DNA from: an uncultured bacterium
GTDB lineage: Bacteria; Krumholzibacteriota; Krumholzibacteriia; Krumholzibacteriales; Krumholzibacteriaceae
Direction of reading: 5' to 3'
Assembly (NCBI GenBank): GCA_963813815.1
Contig: CAWFAD010000016.1
Location: 224,001-288,000, forward strand
DNA length: 64,000 bases
The notes beneath the pieces are model-generated. The model was not told the DNA's origin, did no database searches, and saw only the letters and a program-made list of their open reading frames with translations. Numbering within the stretch: position 1 is the first letter of the stretch; every line of letters begins with the position of its first letter. The translations under genes were made by a program, and so were the position numbers. Below, piece after piece: positions 1 to 10,494 of this stretch.

Positions 1-1232
1 AGCGGTATCTCTACCTCGGCAACTGGCGGGAGGAAGTCTCGGCGGCGCTCGACGAGAGCGATCTCGTCGTCGACGCCCTCCTCGGCACGGGGCTCGCGAG
101 CCCGGTCCGGGAAGAGTACGCCGCTCTCATCGGCCTGCTGAACGAGTGCGGATCGCCGATCGTCTCGATCGACGTGCCGTCCGGCGTGAACTCCGACACC
201 GGCGAGGTGATGGGAACGGCGGTCGTGGCGGACGCGACGGTGACCCTCGGGCTTCCGAAGATCGGCTGCCTCTTCTATCCGGGCAAGGAGTGCGCGGGGG
301 AGCTCGTCGTCGGCGACATCGGCATCCCGGCCGAGGTCATCGACGGCGAACGCCTCCTCGTCGAGACGATCGACTACGAGGACGCGCTCGCCGGCTTGCC
401 CCGCCACGCGCCGACCGCCCACAAGTTCGCGCGGGGCTCGCTGCTGCTCGTCGCGGGGAGCAGGCGGTACGCCGGGGCCGCGGCGCTCGCGGCGACCTCC
501 GCGCTCCGGACCGGCGTCGGGATCGTATACTGCGCGGGCCCCGAATCCGTCCGCGCGGCCGTGCAATCGGCGGCGCCCGAAGTCGTTTTCGTGTCGCTCC
601 CCGAGACGGCGTCCGGCTCGATCGCGCGGCGCGCGGGAGAGCGGCTCCTCGACGAGATCCGTTTCGACGCGCTCGCCGTCGGGCCGGGGCTCACGACGGA
701 CGAGGAGACGGCCTCCCTCGTGCCCCGGATCCTCGAGCGCTTCAGAAAGCCGCTCCTCATCGACGCCGACGGCCTCAACGCGCTCGCGGGGCGGTTCGAT
801 CTCGTTCAGAAGGCTTCAGTGGACAGGGAAATCGTCGTGACGCCGCATTCGGGGGAGCTCGCGCGGCTCGTCGGCGAGGAGATTCCGGAGCTTCCCGCGG
901 CGCGGATCGAGCGTCTCCGCTCGCTCGTCGCGGGGACGTGGGTGACGATCGTTCACAAGGGAGCCCCGACCCTCGTCGCGCACCCCGACGGGACGGTGGG
1001 CGTCAACCTGCACGGGCATCCGGGCATGGCGACGGCGGGGAGCGGGGACGTTCTCGCGGGCGCCGTCGCGGGATTTCTCGCGCAGGGATGCGGAGCCGCC
1101 CGCGCCGCGCGGCTCGGCGTCTATCTCCACTCCCGCGCCGCGGAGATCGCGGCGGCGGAGCTCGGCGAGAGGGGCATGATCGCGCGGGACTGCATGGAAG
1201 CGCTGCCGCTCGCCCTCCGCGAGCTCGAGTGA
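1..1232 (+). CDS. nnr: Bifunctional NAD(P)H-hydrate epimerase/dehydratase (YjeF/Nnr), 5' end outside window
   Basis: Frame open from window start; DLVVDALLGTG and SIDVPSG (YjeF_N), then GSRRYAGAA, IDADGLN, TPHSGEL, ATAGSGDVLAG (YjeF_C). Confidence 0.93.
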   Translation, partial: RYLYLGNWREEVSAALDESDLVVDALLGTGLASPVREEYAALIGLLNECGSPIVSIDVPSGVNSDTGEVMGTAVVADATVTLGLPKIGCLFYPGKECAGELVVGDIGIPAEVIDGERLLVETIDYEDALAGLPRHAPTAHKFARGSLLLVAGSRRYAGAAALAATSALRTGVGIVYCAGPESVRAAVQSAAPEVVFVSLPETASGSIARRAGERLLDEIRFDALAVGPGLTTDEETASLVPRILERFRKPLLIDADGLNALAGRFDLVQKASVDREIVVTPHSGELARLVGEEIPELPAARIERLRSLVAGTWVTIVHKGAPTLVAHPDGTVGVNLHGHPGMATAGSGDVLAGAVAGFLAQGCGAARAARLGVYLHSRAAEIAAAELGERGMIARDCMEALPLALRELE

Positions 1233-1253
1233 GCCGGCCGGCTCGGTGAAATC

Positions 1254-2351
1254 ATGAAAGAACGCGAGATAATCGAACGGATCCGCGCCGCCTTTCCGGC
1301 AAGCGGCATCGGGGACGACACGGCCGTGCTCCCCCCGGCCGCAGGAGATACGCTCTTCGCCTCCGACGCCGTCGTCGAGAACGTTCATTTCACGCGGCGC
1401 TACTCGACCCTCGGTCAGGCGGTTCAGAAAGCAATCACCTCCAATGTTTCGGACGTCTATGCCATGGGCGGCTCGCCCGCGGCGATCGCGCTCTCCATGG
1501 GTCTCCCGGCGGGATGCGGGGCCGAGGAGATCGACTCCATCGTCGAGGGGCTCTCCGCGGCATGCGGGGCGTACGGGTTGACGCTCGCGGGGGGCGATAC
1601 GGTGAGGAGCCCCGGCGGCTCGTTCTTCGACGTCGCGATCACGGGAACGGTCGCGCCGGGCAGGGCGATCCGCCGCTCGGGCGCCAGGGCGGGGGACTCG
1701 CTCGTGCTCTTCGGGGAGATCGGGCCGTCGCTCGCCGGGCTCTCGCTGCTCGCGGCGCTCCTCGGCCCGTGCGGGTGCGGCGGCGGAGGGTTTCCGGCGC
1801 CGCGGCTCCGCGACTGCGCGGGCGCGGGGGCGCGCGTCCGAACGATCGCGCCCCGGCTCTCGCTCGCCGCCGACGTCCCGGCGCTCCGAGCGATGGCGGC
1901 GGGGCTCGCCCACCTTCCTCATGCCGCCGAGATGCTCCGATTCATGGCGAGGCACCTCGCTCCGCGGGCCGTGCCGCTCGGGGATGCTCTCCTCGCGGCG
2001 GAGCCCCGGGCGCTCACGGCGATGATCGACGTGAGCGACGGTCTCGCGAGGGATCTCCGCACGCTCTGCGGGGAGAGCCGCGTCGGGGCGGCCGTCGACG
2101 GGGAGGCGCTCCCCGTCCCGCGGGCGATCGGCGACATCTTCGGGCTCGAGGGGAGCGCGCTCGCGGATTTCGCTCTCGCGAGCGGCGAGGAGTACGTGCT
2201 GCTCGCCGCCGTGCGGTCGGACGCCCTCGAAGCGCTCCCTCCCGGAGCCTCGGTCATCGGGCGGGTCGTGCCCGAGGGCGAAGGAATCGTCGTCGCCGGC
2301 GCGGGCGGCGCCCGCCCGCTTCCGGATCTCGGATACGAGCACGTGTTCTGA
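1254..2351 (+). CDS. thiL: Thiamine-monophosphate kinase
   Basis: GIGDDTAV, NVSDVYAMGG, GGDT, MIDVSDGL, SGEEYVLL and C-terminal GYEHVF motifs. Confidence 0.9.
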   Translation: MKEREIIERIRAAFPASGIGDDTAVLPPAAGDTLFASDAVVENVHFTRRYSTLGQAVQKAITSNVSDVYAMGGSPAAIALSMGLPAGCGAEEIDSIVEGLSAACGAYGLTLAGGDTVRSPGGSFFDVAITGTVAPGRAIRRSGARAGDSLVLFGEIGPSLAGLSLLAALLGPCGCGGGGFPAPRLRDCAGAGARVRTIAPRLSLAADVPALRAMAAGLAHLPHAAEMLRFMARHLAPRAVPLGDALLAAEPRALTAMIDVSDGLARDLRTLCGESRVGAAVDGEALPVPRAIGDIFGLEGSALADFALASGEEYVLLAAVRSDALEALPPGASVIGRVVPEGEGIVVAGAGGARPLPDLGYEHVF

Positions 2352-2421
2352 CCGCGCCGCGGCGGGCGGGATGCCGGCGCGGCCCGCGCCGGAGCCCCGC
2401 CCGGGCCCGGCAAGAATTGTG

Positions 2422-2450
2422 TTGACGGTTCCGCGGACGCTCTGGAAAAT
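2422..2450 (+). promoter_or_regulatory. Putative sigma70 promoter of glnA
   Basis: TTGACG-17 nt-GAAAAT in an AT-richer patch about 60 nt upstream of the ATG. Confidence 0.5.
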
Positions 2451-2513
2451 GTAGCCTTGCGAGCGCGATCGCGCTCTTGGCCGAGCATCCACCCCGCCCG
2501 CAAGGAGAGTCGC

Positions 2514-3932
2514 ATGAGTCGGTCCCCCCGAGAGGTTATCGAATTTGCCCGATCGAAGGGCGCCGAGTTCTTCGACATCAAGTTTCTCGATTTTCCCGGC
2601 AGGTGGCAGCACCTCACGATCCCCGCCGCGCGCGCGACCGAGGAGTTCTTCGTGGGCGGCATCGCCTTCGACGGATCGAGCATCCGCGGATGGAAGAACA
2701 TCAACGAGAGCGACATGCTCGTCATCCCCGATCCGGACACGGCGTTCTTGGATCCCTTCTGCTGCCACGCGACCGTGAGCCTCATCGGAGACATACACGA
2801 TCCGATAACGCGCGAGCCGTACAGCCGCGACCCGCGCTTCGTCGCGCGAAAGGCCGAGCGGCACCTCGCCGCCACGGGAATCGCCGATAGGGCGTATCTG
2901 GGCCCGGAGGCGGAGTTCTTCGTCTTCGACGACGTCCGGTTCGCGCAGGACGAGCGGAGCGGCTTCTACCGCATCGACTCGCGCGAGGGGTTCTGGAACT
3001 CGGGGACGGAGGAGCGGCCCAACCTCGCGCACAAGCCCCGTTTCAAGGAAGGGTACTTTCCCGTGCCGCCGACCGATTCGCTCCAGGATCTGAGAAGCGA
3101 AATGGTCAAGAATCTCTCCGCCTGCGGCCTCGTCTGCGAGGTTCACCACCACGAAGTCGCGACGGGAGGCCAGGGGGAGATCGGGCTGCAATTTGACACG
3201 CCGGTGCGGATGGGGGACGCGCTCGTCCTCTTCAAGTACGTCGTGAAGAACACGGCGCGCGCCTTCGGCAGGACGGCGACCTTCATGCCGAAACCGCTCT
3301 TCGGGGACAACGGCTCGGGTATGCACGTACACGTGTCGCTCTGGAACGGCAACCGCAACATCTTCGCCGGACCCGAGTACGGCGGCCTCAGCGAGACGGC
3401 CCTCTACTTCATCGGCGGTCTCATCGCGCACGCCGAGGCGCTGCTCGGCATCACGAATCCCTCGACCATCTCGTACAAGCGGCTCGTCCCCGGATTCGAA
3501 GCGCCCATCAACATCGCCTATTCGCAGCGCAACCGCAGCGCCGCCATCCGCATACCCGTCGCGGGAGACCGCCCGGAGGCGAAGCGCGTCGAGTTCCGCT
3601 GTCCCGACTCGACCGGGAACCCCTACTTCACCTTCGCGGCGATCATCATGGCGGGGCTCGACGGCATCGCGAACCGCATCCACCCGGGGGAGCCGCTCGA
3701 CAAGAACATCTACGACATGCCTCCCGAGGAGCTCGCGAACGTGAAGAAGGCGCCGCACGATCTCGGCGCGGCGCTCTCGGCCCTCGAGAGGGACCACGAG
3801 TTTCTGCTGGCCGGAGATGTGTTCACCGAGGACATCGTGCGCACGTGGATCGCGTACAAACGGGAGAACGAGATCGCGCCGGTCATGAGCCGGCCGCATC
3901 CGTACGAGTTCTGCATCTACTACGACGTTTGA
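2514..3932 (+). CDS. glnA: Glutamine synthetase type I (GSI-beta, adenylylatable)
   Basis: FDGSSIRGW, HHEVATGGQ, FMPKP, NGSGMH, RNRSAAIRIP; adenylylation-site Tyr in KNIYDM; AAGGAG RBS before ATG 2514. Confidence 0.97.
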   Translation: MSRSPREVIEFARSKGAEFFDIKFLDFPGRWQHLTIPAARATEEFFVGGIAFDGSSIRGWKNINESDMLVIPDPDTAFLDPFCCHATVSLIGDIHDPITREPYSRDPRFVARKAERHLAATGIADRAYLGPEAEFFVFDDVRFAQDERSGFYRIDSREGFWNSGTEERPNLAHKPRFKEGYFPVPPTDSLQDLRSEMVKNLSACGLVCEVHHHEVATGGQGEIGLQFDTPVRMGDALVLFKYVVKNTARAFGRTATFMPKPLFGDNGSGMHVHVSLWNGNRNIFAGPEYGGLSETALYFIGGLIAHAEALLGITNPSTISYKRLVPGFEAPINIAYSQRNRSAAIRIPVAGDRPEAKRVEFRCPDSTGNPYFTFAAIIMAGLDGIANRIHPGEPLDKNIYDMPPEELANVKKAPHDLGAALSALERDHEFLLAGDVFTEDIVRTWIAYKRENEIAPVMSRPHPYEFCIYYDV

Positions 3933-3979
3933 TCGAGGGGGCGTGAGCGCGGACGGCGGAGAGCCGCCCGCGCGCGAGC

Positions 3980-6649
3980 ATGTCGCGAGCTGTATTCAAA
4001 GCGTCGATGCTTCCCGCCCCGCGTACGGCGGGCGGGGACGCGTGGATGACCTCGTTCGCGGGCGAGGTGCGGGAGATCTACCGCGAGTATCTCGCCGGTC
4101 TCGAGCGGCGGCACCGCGAGCTCGCCCCGGGGCTTTCGACGGCCCGCGGGGTCTCCGCCGCGGTCGAGACGATCGTCACCCATCTCCACGGCGCGCTTCG
4201 CGGCTGGATGGGCCCCCGGCTCCGCCGCGCCCCTTCCGTCGTGGCGCTCGGCGGGTTCGGGAGACGCGAGCTCGCGCCGCGGAGCGACATCGATCTCCTC
4301 TTTCTCTGGGACAAGAAGCCCGGCCCCGCGGGCACCGCGTTCGCCGGCTACCTCGTACGCATGCTCTGGGACGCGGGGCTCGAGCTCGGCCACTCGGTGC
4401 GCACGCTCGCGGAGCTCCGCGCGGCGCTCGCGCGGGACGACGATCTCAAGACGGCGATGCTCGACTCGCGCTGGCTGTGCGGGGAGGAGCGGTTGCGCGA
4501 CGAGATCCCCGCGATCCGCTCCGAGATACGGGAGCGCGAGGGGGGCGCCCTGCTCGAGGCGAAGCTCGAGGAGACGAGGCGGAGATGGCGCAAGCACGGC
4601 GGGAGCTTTCACCTCATCGAGCCGAACGTCAAGGAGAGCCCCGGAGGACTGAGAGATTATCAGGTGATCCGCTGGGTGGGGACCGCGCTCCCCTGGGACG
4701 GCACGCTCGAGGGTCTCTACCGCCTCGCGATCATCGACCGGCACGACATCCGCGACGTCGAGCGGGCGTTCGATTTTCTGATGCGGACGCGCTGCGAGCT
4801 CCATTTTCTCATGCAGACCAACTGGAACGTTCTCACGCTCGACATGCAGCGCCGCGCCGCGCGCGGGCTCGGCTACGCGGACGGCGGGGGATTGCTCGCG
4901 GTCGAGCGTTTCATGCGCGATTACTACTCGATGACGCGCTCCATCTACACGGTGCTCGAGCGCATTCTCGAGGAGACGCGCGGCGAGGGGAGCCTCCGCA
5001 TCCTCGAGGGCTCGCTCTACCGGAGGGTCGGGACGAAGGGCCTCGGCCAGCTCGACCTGCGCATCGGAGCGGCCCATTTCCGCGACGATCCGCTCTTCGC
5101 GTTCAAGGAGCAGCTCCGGACGGGAAAGCGCCTCTCGCCGCGGATGGAGCGGCGGCTGCGCGCAACCTTCCGCGCGGCGCGGCTTCCCGCCGGGACGAGG
5201 CGCCGGATGCGCGCCTCGTTTCTCGAGCTCCTCGACGCCCCGGGGCGCAAGGCCCCCGTCATCCGGAGCATGCACGAGCTCGGCGCGCTGCGCCATCTCT
5301 TCCCTCCCTTCGAGCGTCTCACCTGCCTCAAGAAGTACGATCTCTATCACCAGTACACGGCCGACGAGCACAGCCTTCAGGCGCTGGCGAACCTCGACGA
5401 GCTCGCGGGGCAGGAGGGAGGGCTGCTGGCGCGCATCTTCGACGAGGTCGCCGAGAGGACCGAGCTCGCGCTCGCCACGCTCCTCCACGACATCGGCAAG
5501 CCGAGCGCGCGCGGCCACGCCCGCTCGGGAGCGCGCATGGCGGAGCATCTCCTGCGCGAGTTTCCGCTCCCGCAGCGCTCGCGCTCGCTCGTCGTCTTCC
5601 TCATCAGGGAGCACCTCCTGCTCTCGCATTTCAGCCAGCGCCGCGACATGGAAGACCGCGACACGGGGCTGCAGTTCGTGAAGAGCGTCCGGAGCCATCG
5701 CAACCTCAAGCTCCTGTATCTCCTGACGTACGCCGATCTCAAGGCGACCGGACCCACCGTGTGGACGGGCTGGAAGGAGAACCTCCTCGAGGATCTCTAC
5801 TTCAAGGCGAGCCGCATGCTCGCGGACCGGAGCGAGTCGGCCGCCCCGTACCGGACGGTTCTCGAAAGCCGCCGCGCGAAGATGCTCGACGCCTGCGAGG
5901 GGACGGCCGAGCGCGAGGCGATGGCGGCCCACCTCGCGGGGCTCCCCGAGCGGTACGCCATGGTCGTCACCCCGGCGCGGGCGCGCGCGCACGTCGCGAT
6001 GGCGGCGGGGCTGCCGGAGAGGGGCGTCATTCTCGACGCCGCGCGGCTGCGAACCTCGATCGAGCTCACCGTCTGCACCAACGACCGTCCGTACCGTCTC
6101 TCGCAGCTCTGCGGGGTCATCACGATCAACGATCTCACCATACTCGGCGCGCTCGCGTTCACCCGGGAGGACGGCGTCGTGATCGACATATTCCACTGCG
6201 CCGGCATCGACGGGCGGATCGCCCTCGCGGGCGAGGCCGCGGAGAAGCTCGACCGCGACTTCGCCGCCGTGCTCGGGGGGGAAGTCGATCTCGAGAAGGC
6301 GTTCGCCGCGCACGTCGAGCGGTGGAAGCGGCGCTCCGCCAAGGGCGGGCCGATTCCGACCACGATCGAGTTCGAGAACGATCTCTCGCGGGAGAGCACG
6401 ATCATCGATCTCGCGGCCCTCGACCGCCCGGGGCTTCTCTACCGCGTGACGCGCGTCCTCTCCGAGGAGGGGCTCGACATCCAGAGCGCGCAGATCACGA
6501 CGCGGGGCGAGATGGCCGCCGACTCGTTCTACGTGCGCACCCGGGACGGCGGGAAGCTCGCCGATCCCGCCTCGATGCGTCGCATCAGGCAGCGTCTCCG
6601 CGCCGCGCTCGACGCGCGGCTTCCGGACGAGCCGAAGGGCGCCTCCTGA
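3980..6649 (+). CDS. glnD: [Protein-PII] uridylyltransferase / uridylyl-removing enzyme
   Basis: GGFGRRELAPRSDIDL nucleotidyltransferase motif, EPNVKESPGGLRD, YHQYTADEH, HDIGK, two ACT domains (DRPYRL, DRPGLLY); start could be 4046. Confidence 0.95.
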   Translation: MSRAVFKASMLPAPRTAGGDAWMTSFAGEVREIYREYLAGLERRHRELAPGLSTARGVSAAVETIVTHLHGALRGWMGPRLRRAPSVVALGGFGRRELAPRSDIDLLFLWDKKPGPAGTAFAGYLVRMLWDAGLELGHSVRTLAELRAALARDDDLKTAMLDSRWLCGEERLRDEIPAIRSEIREREGGALLEAKLEETRRRWRKHGGSFHLIEPNVKESPGGLRDYQVIRWVGTALPWDGTLEGLYRLAIIDRHDIRDVERAFDFLMRTRCELHFLMQTNWNVLTLDMQRRAARGLGYADGGGLLAVERFMRDYYSMTRSIYTVLERILEETRGEGSLRILEGSLYRRVGTKGLGQLDLRIGAAHFRDDPLFAFKEQLRTGKRLSPRMERRLRATFRAARLPAGTRRRMRASFLELLDAPGRKAPVIRSMHELGALRHLFPPFERLTCLKKYDLYHQYTADEHSLQALANLDELAGQEGGLLARIFDEVAERTELALATLLHDIGKPSARGHARSGARMAEHLLREFPLPQRSRSLVVFLIREHLLLSHFSQRRDMEDRDTGLQFVKSVRSHRNLKLLYLLTYADLKATGPTVWTGWKENLLEDLYFKASRMLADRSESAAPYRTVLESRRAKMLDACEGTAEREAMAAHLAGLPERYAMVVTPARARAHVAMAAGLPERGVILDAARLRTSIELTVCTNDRPYRLSQLCGVITINDLTILGALAFTREDGVVIDIFHCAGIDGRIALAGEAAEKLDRDFAAVLGGEVDLEKAFAAHVERWKRRSAKGGPIPTTIEFENDLSRESTIIDLAALDRPGLLYRVTRVLSEEGLDIQSAQITTRGEMAADSFYVRTRDGGKLADPASMRRIRQRLRAALDARLPDEPKGAS

Positions 6650-6674
6650 CGGACGCGAGCGGAGGACGGAATCG

Positions 6675-7004
6675 ATGAACATGAAAGGCATTCCCTATTC
6701 GACGATCGACTGGGGCCGCGCGCAGCCGGAGGAGCACCCGGGCGAGACGGGCAGGGCCGTGTGGCGGACCGTCCGGGCGGGGGACGCGCGGGTGAGGATG
6801 GTCGAGTACTCGCCGGGGTACCTCGCCGATCACTGGTGCTCGAAGGGGCACGTCATCCTCGTGCTCGAGGGGGAGCTCGTGATGGAGCTCGGCGACGGCA
6901 CGGTCGCGAGGCTGGGGTCCGGCATGAGCTGCGTCGTCGGCGACGACGAGTCGCCTCACCGCGCGAGCGCCCCGTCGGGAGCGAAGCTCTTCATCGTCGA
7001 TTAA
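6675..7004 (+). CDS. Small cupin-fold protein (DHWC/DHCW-motif family)
   Basis: EHPGETG, VEYSPGYLADHWCSKGH, KLFIVD; GGAGGA RBS. Confidence 0.85.
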   Translation: MNMKGIPYSTIDWGRAQPEEHPGETGRAVWRTVRAGDARVRMVEYSPGYLADHWCSKGHVILVLEGELVMELGDGTVARLGSGMSCVVGDDESPHRASAPSGAKLFIVD

Positions 7005-7049
7005 CGGGGTCGCTCGTTCATGGGGCCCAGACGGCACCCGTCCCGGCGG

Positions 7050-10004
7050 TTACTTCAGCGCTTCGAAGTATCTCTTGAAAATGTTCCTCACTTCGCGCCG
7101 GACCTCTCCGAGCCGCTCGAGAAACGTCCCCTCGCCCGGGAGCTCGCGGGCGAAAAGCCGGCCGAGGTAGCGCTCGAAGAACTCCTCGCGCCCGGGGAGA
7201 GGCGGGTACGGGACGGCGTGGAGGGCCGCCGCGTGCTCGATGATCCAGAAGAGACGGTGCGCGGCCGCGAGCGTTTCGGGATCTCCCCCGGCGAGGAGGC
7301 CGACCGCGCGCAGATACTCGAGCGTTCCGAGCGGATCGGGGGCGCCGGGAGCGTCGGCGAGCCCGCGCAGATACGCCGCGGAGAGGATGAAGTCGATGTC
7401 GTAGAGGCCGCCGGCCGCGTGCTTCACGTCCCACGGGCTCTTCGAAAGCGATTCGAGCCTCGCGCGCTCGTCCGTGACGCGTTCCCGCCATCCGTCCCGC
7501 CCGAAGAGACGGGGGATCGCGTCGCGCAGCGTCTCCTCGAACGCCGCCCCCGTCTCGCGCGAGCCGCAGAGAAAGCGGCACTTGGAAAACGCGAGCAGCT
7601 CCCACGTTCCGGCCCGCGTCTCGAGGTAGCGCCGGTAGTAGGCCGGCGTTTGCGCGAGCGGCGCGCCCGCCCCCTCCCCGCGGAGCCGCAGATCGACCGC
7701 GCCGAGACGTATCCCCCTCGCGTCCGCGACGATGGAACGGATGACGTCCGCCTCGCTCGCGGCTCCGTCCTCCGAGGCCGTCACCGCGACGAGGTCGAGA
7801 TCGCTCCCGAAGCGCGCGCGGCGCGAGGCGACGGAGCCCGCGGCGAAGAGCGCGAGCGGGAGCCGCGCGCCCCCGTGATGCTCGAAGAGCGCCTCCACGG
7901 CGCGCCCCGTCGCCTCCGAGAGCGGCGGCCCGGCGCGTTCGGGGCCGGCGGCGGGAATGGGGTTCGCGACGTGCGCGACGAGCAGCGTCTCCTCGTACCA
8001 GCGTCCGAGCCGCTCGATGAACCGCGCGTCGCCGGGCGCGTCCGCGGGCGGATCGATCGGCGAGAGCCCCTCGGGGAGACGGTCGAGAAGGTCCATGCGC
8101 CTCGCGAGCACCTCGCTCAGCACGGTCGAATGCGCGGCGATCGAGAGCATGAGCCGCGCGAAGTCGCCGTTTTCGGCAAGGATCTCGAGCGTCGATTTTA
8201 CGGCGCCGCCGGCCTTCACGAGGAGCACGAGGTTCCGTATCGTGAGCGATGGATCGGGCGTGGCGGAGACGCGCGCGAGAACCGAGGGAAGCGCGGCGGC
8301 GGCCGCGGCGAAGGTGTCGGTCCCCTCGAGATTCGGAAAATCCCCGAAAACGAGGGACGAGAGCGCCCGGTGCGCGCGCTCCCCTTCGATCACGCCGAAT
8401 CGCCCGAGGAGCTCCTCGACCGCGGCGTCTCCCGGCGGCAGCGAGAGGATGAGCGGCACGGTCCCCGGCGCGCGGTCGCGGAAGAACTCCCGGAAAATGT
8501 GCTGCGTTTCGAGCACGGCGCGGCCGAGCTCGCCGCGGAAGTTGTCGGCCGTCACCTCCCGCAGCGCGCTCCGGGCGACTCGCCCCGCCACGCGCCGGAG
8601 GTCGTCCTCGGCCGAAGGGAGCGTGTGGGTGCGGACGTTGCGGGACATCTGGAGCCGGTGCTCGACCGTCCGCAGGAGCCGGTAGCCGCGCGAGAGCGTT
8701 TCCTTGACCTCCCCTCCGAGGATCCCGTAGTGGGCGAGGCGTTCGAGCGCCTCGAGCGTGTTGCGCGAGCGCACCTCCGGCCGGCTTCGGCCGTGGACGA
8801 GCTGCATCGCCTGCACGATGAACTCGATGTCGCGGATCCCGCCCGGCATGAGCTTGACGTTCGCGGCGCGCTCGGCCGGCGCGAGCCCCGCCACGGCCCG
8901 CTCGCGCATCGTGAGTATCTCCTCGAGGGGATCGCCGGCGAAGGGATGGGCGAACACCATTCGGGCGCAGTTGTCGATGAACCGGTCCGCGACGCTCCGG
9001 TCGCCGGCGGCGTAGCGGGCCTTGATGAGCGCCTGCCGCTCCCACGGCCTCGCGCGCCGCATGAGGTACGCGAGATGCTCCTCGAGCGATACGACGAGCG
9101 GGCCGCTCTCGCCGTCGGGACGAAGCCGCAGATCGACGCGGTAGAGCGCGCCCTCTTCCGTCGGCTGCGACAGAATCTCGACGACGCGTCGCGCGAGGGC
9201 CGCGTAGAAGGCGCTCTCGCGGGGGCTGTCCGGGTCGCCGCTCACGAAGAGAAGATCGACGTCGGAGGAGTAGTTGAGCTCCGTCCCGCCGAGCTTGCCG
9301 AGCGAGATGACGGCGAACCGGTGAAACGGAAGCTCCCCCCCGGCGGCCCCCTCCGGCGCGAGCCCCTCGCGCGGAGCGAGCTCGGCGAAGGCGAGCGAGA
9401 CCGCCGCCTCGATGACCGCGTCGGCGAGGAACGAGAGCTCCGCCGTGACCTCCTCGACGGCGGCGAGGCCGAGGAGATCGCGCGCGCCGATGCGGAGCGT
9501 CTCGCGGCGATGGTACCGCTTGACGGCGTTCAGACGGCGGCGCGCGTCGTGGAAGACGGCCGCGTGCGCCCCGAGCTCGGCCCGGTATTCGCTCGACGCC
9601 TTGCCCCTCGAGAGCGTCGGCTCCTCGACGAGCCACGCGAGGTACCCCGGGTTGAGCGCGAGAAGCTCCGAGAGATAGGAGCTGCAGGAGAATATCGTCG
9701 CCGCGAGACGGCAGATCGGCCCCTCGAGGACGAACGAGCCGAAGAACGCCCCCGGCGCTATCGAGGCCTCCACGAAGCGGGCGAGATTGACGATCGCGAG
9801 GTCCGGATCGGCGGAGGAGGCGAGCTCGTCGAGGAGGAGCGCGGCACGGCCGGGATGGGCGAGCGCCGCCTCCCCGCCGCCGAGGCCGCGCCAGAGGGCC
9901 GCCGCCTTCCCCGGCGAGGCGAAGCGGAGCTCCGCAAAGAGCGCTTCGAGCGCCGCCGGATCGTTCGCGCCGGGCCGCGCGAGGCTGTCGCCGTGTCCGC
10001 TCAC
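7050..10004 (-). CDS. glnE: Glutamine synthetase adenylyltransferase/deadenylyltransferase
   Basis: Two NT domains: LGKLGGTELNYSSDVDL, RVDLRLRPDG, WERQALIKAR, VKLMPGGIRDIEF; then SDLDL, VDLRLRGEG, VKHAAGGLYDIDF. Confidence 0.93.
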   Translation of the reverse strand: MSGHGDSLARPGANDPAALEALFAELRFASPGKAAALWRGLGGGEAALAHPGRAALLLDELASSADPDLAIVNLARFVEASIAPGAFFGSFVLEGPICRLAATIFSCSSYLSELLALNPGYLAWLVEEPTLSRGKASSEYRAELGAHAAVFHDARRRLNAVKRYHRRETLRIGARDLLGLAAVEEVTAELSFLADAVIEAAVSLAFAELAPREGLAPEGAAGGELPFHRFAVISLGKLGGTELNYSSDVDLLFVSGDPDSPRESAFYAALARRVVEILSQPTEEGALYRVDLRLRPDGESGPLVVSLEEHLAYLMRRARPWERQALIKARYAAGDRSVADRFIDNCARMVFAHPFAGDPLEEILTMRERAVAGLAPAERAANVKLMPGGIRDIEFIVQAMQLVHGRSRPEVRSRNTLEALERLAHYGILGGEVKETLSRGYRLLRTVEHRLQMSRNVRTHTLPSAEDDLRRVAGRVARSALREVTADNFRGELGRAVLETQHIFREFFRDRAPGTVPLILSLPPGDAAVEELLGRFGVIEGERAHRALSSLVFGDFPNLEGTDTFAAAAAALPSVLARVSATPDPSLTIRNLVLLVKAGGAVKSTLEILAENGDFARLMLSIAAHSTVLSEVLARRMDLLDRLPEGLSPIDPPADAPGDARFIERLGRWYEETLLVAHVANPIPAAGPERAGPPLSEATGRAVEALFEHHGGARLPLALFAAGSVASRRARFGSDLDLVAVTASEDGAASEADVIRSIVADARGIRLGAVDLRLRGEGAGAPLAQTPAYYRRYLETRAGTWELLAFSKCRFLCGSRETGAAFEETLRDAIPRLFGRDGWRERVTDERARLESLSKSPWDVKHAAGGLYDIDFILSAAYLRGLADAPGAPDPLGTLEYLRAVGLLAGGDPETLAAAHRLFWIIEHAAALHAVPYPPLPGREEFFERYLGRLFARELPGEGTFLERLGEVRREVRNIFKRYFEALK

Positions 10005-10009
10005 CGTGA

Positions 10010-10489
<480 letters not shown>

Positions 10490-10494
10490 GGGCG

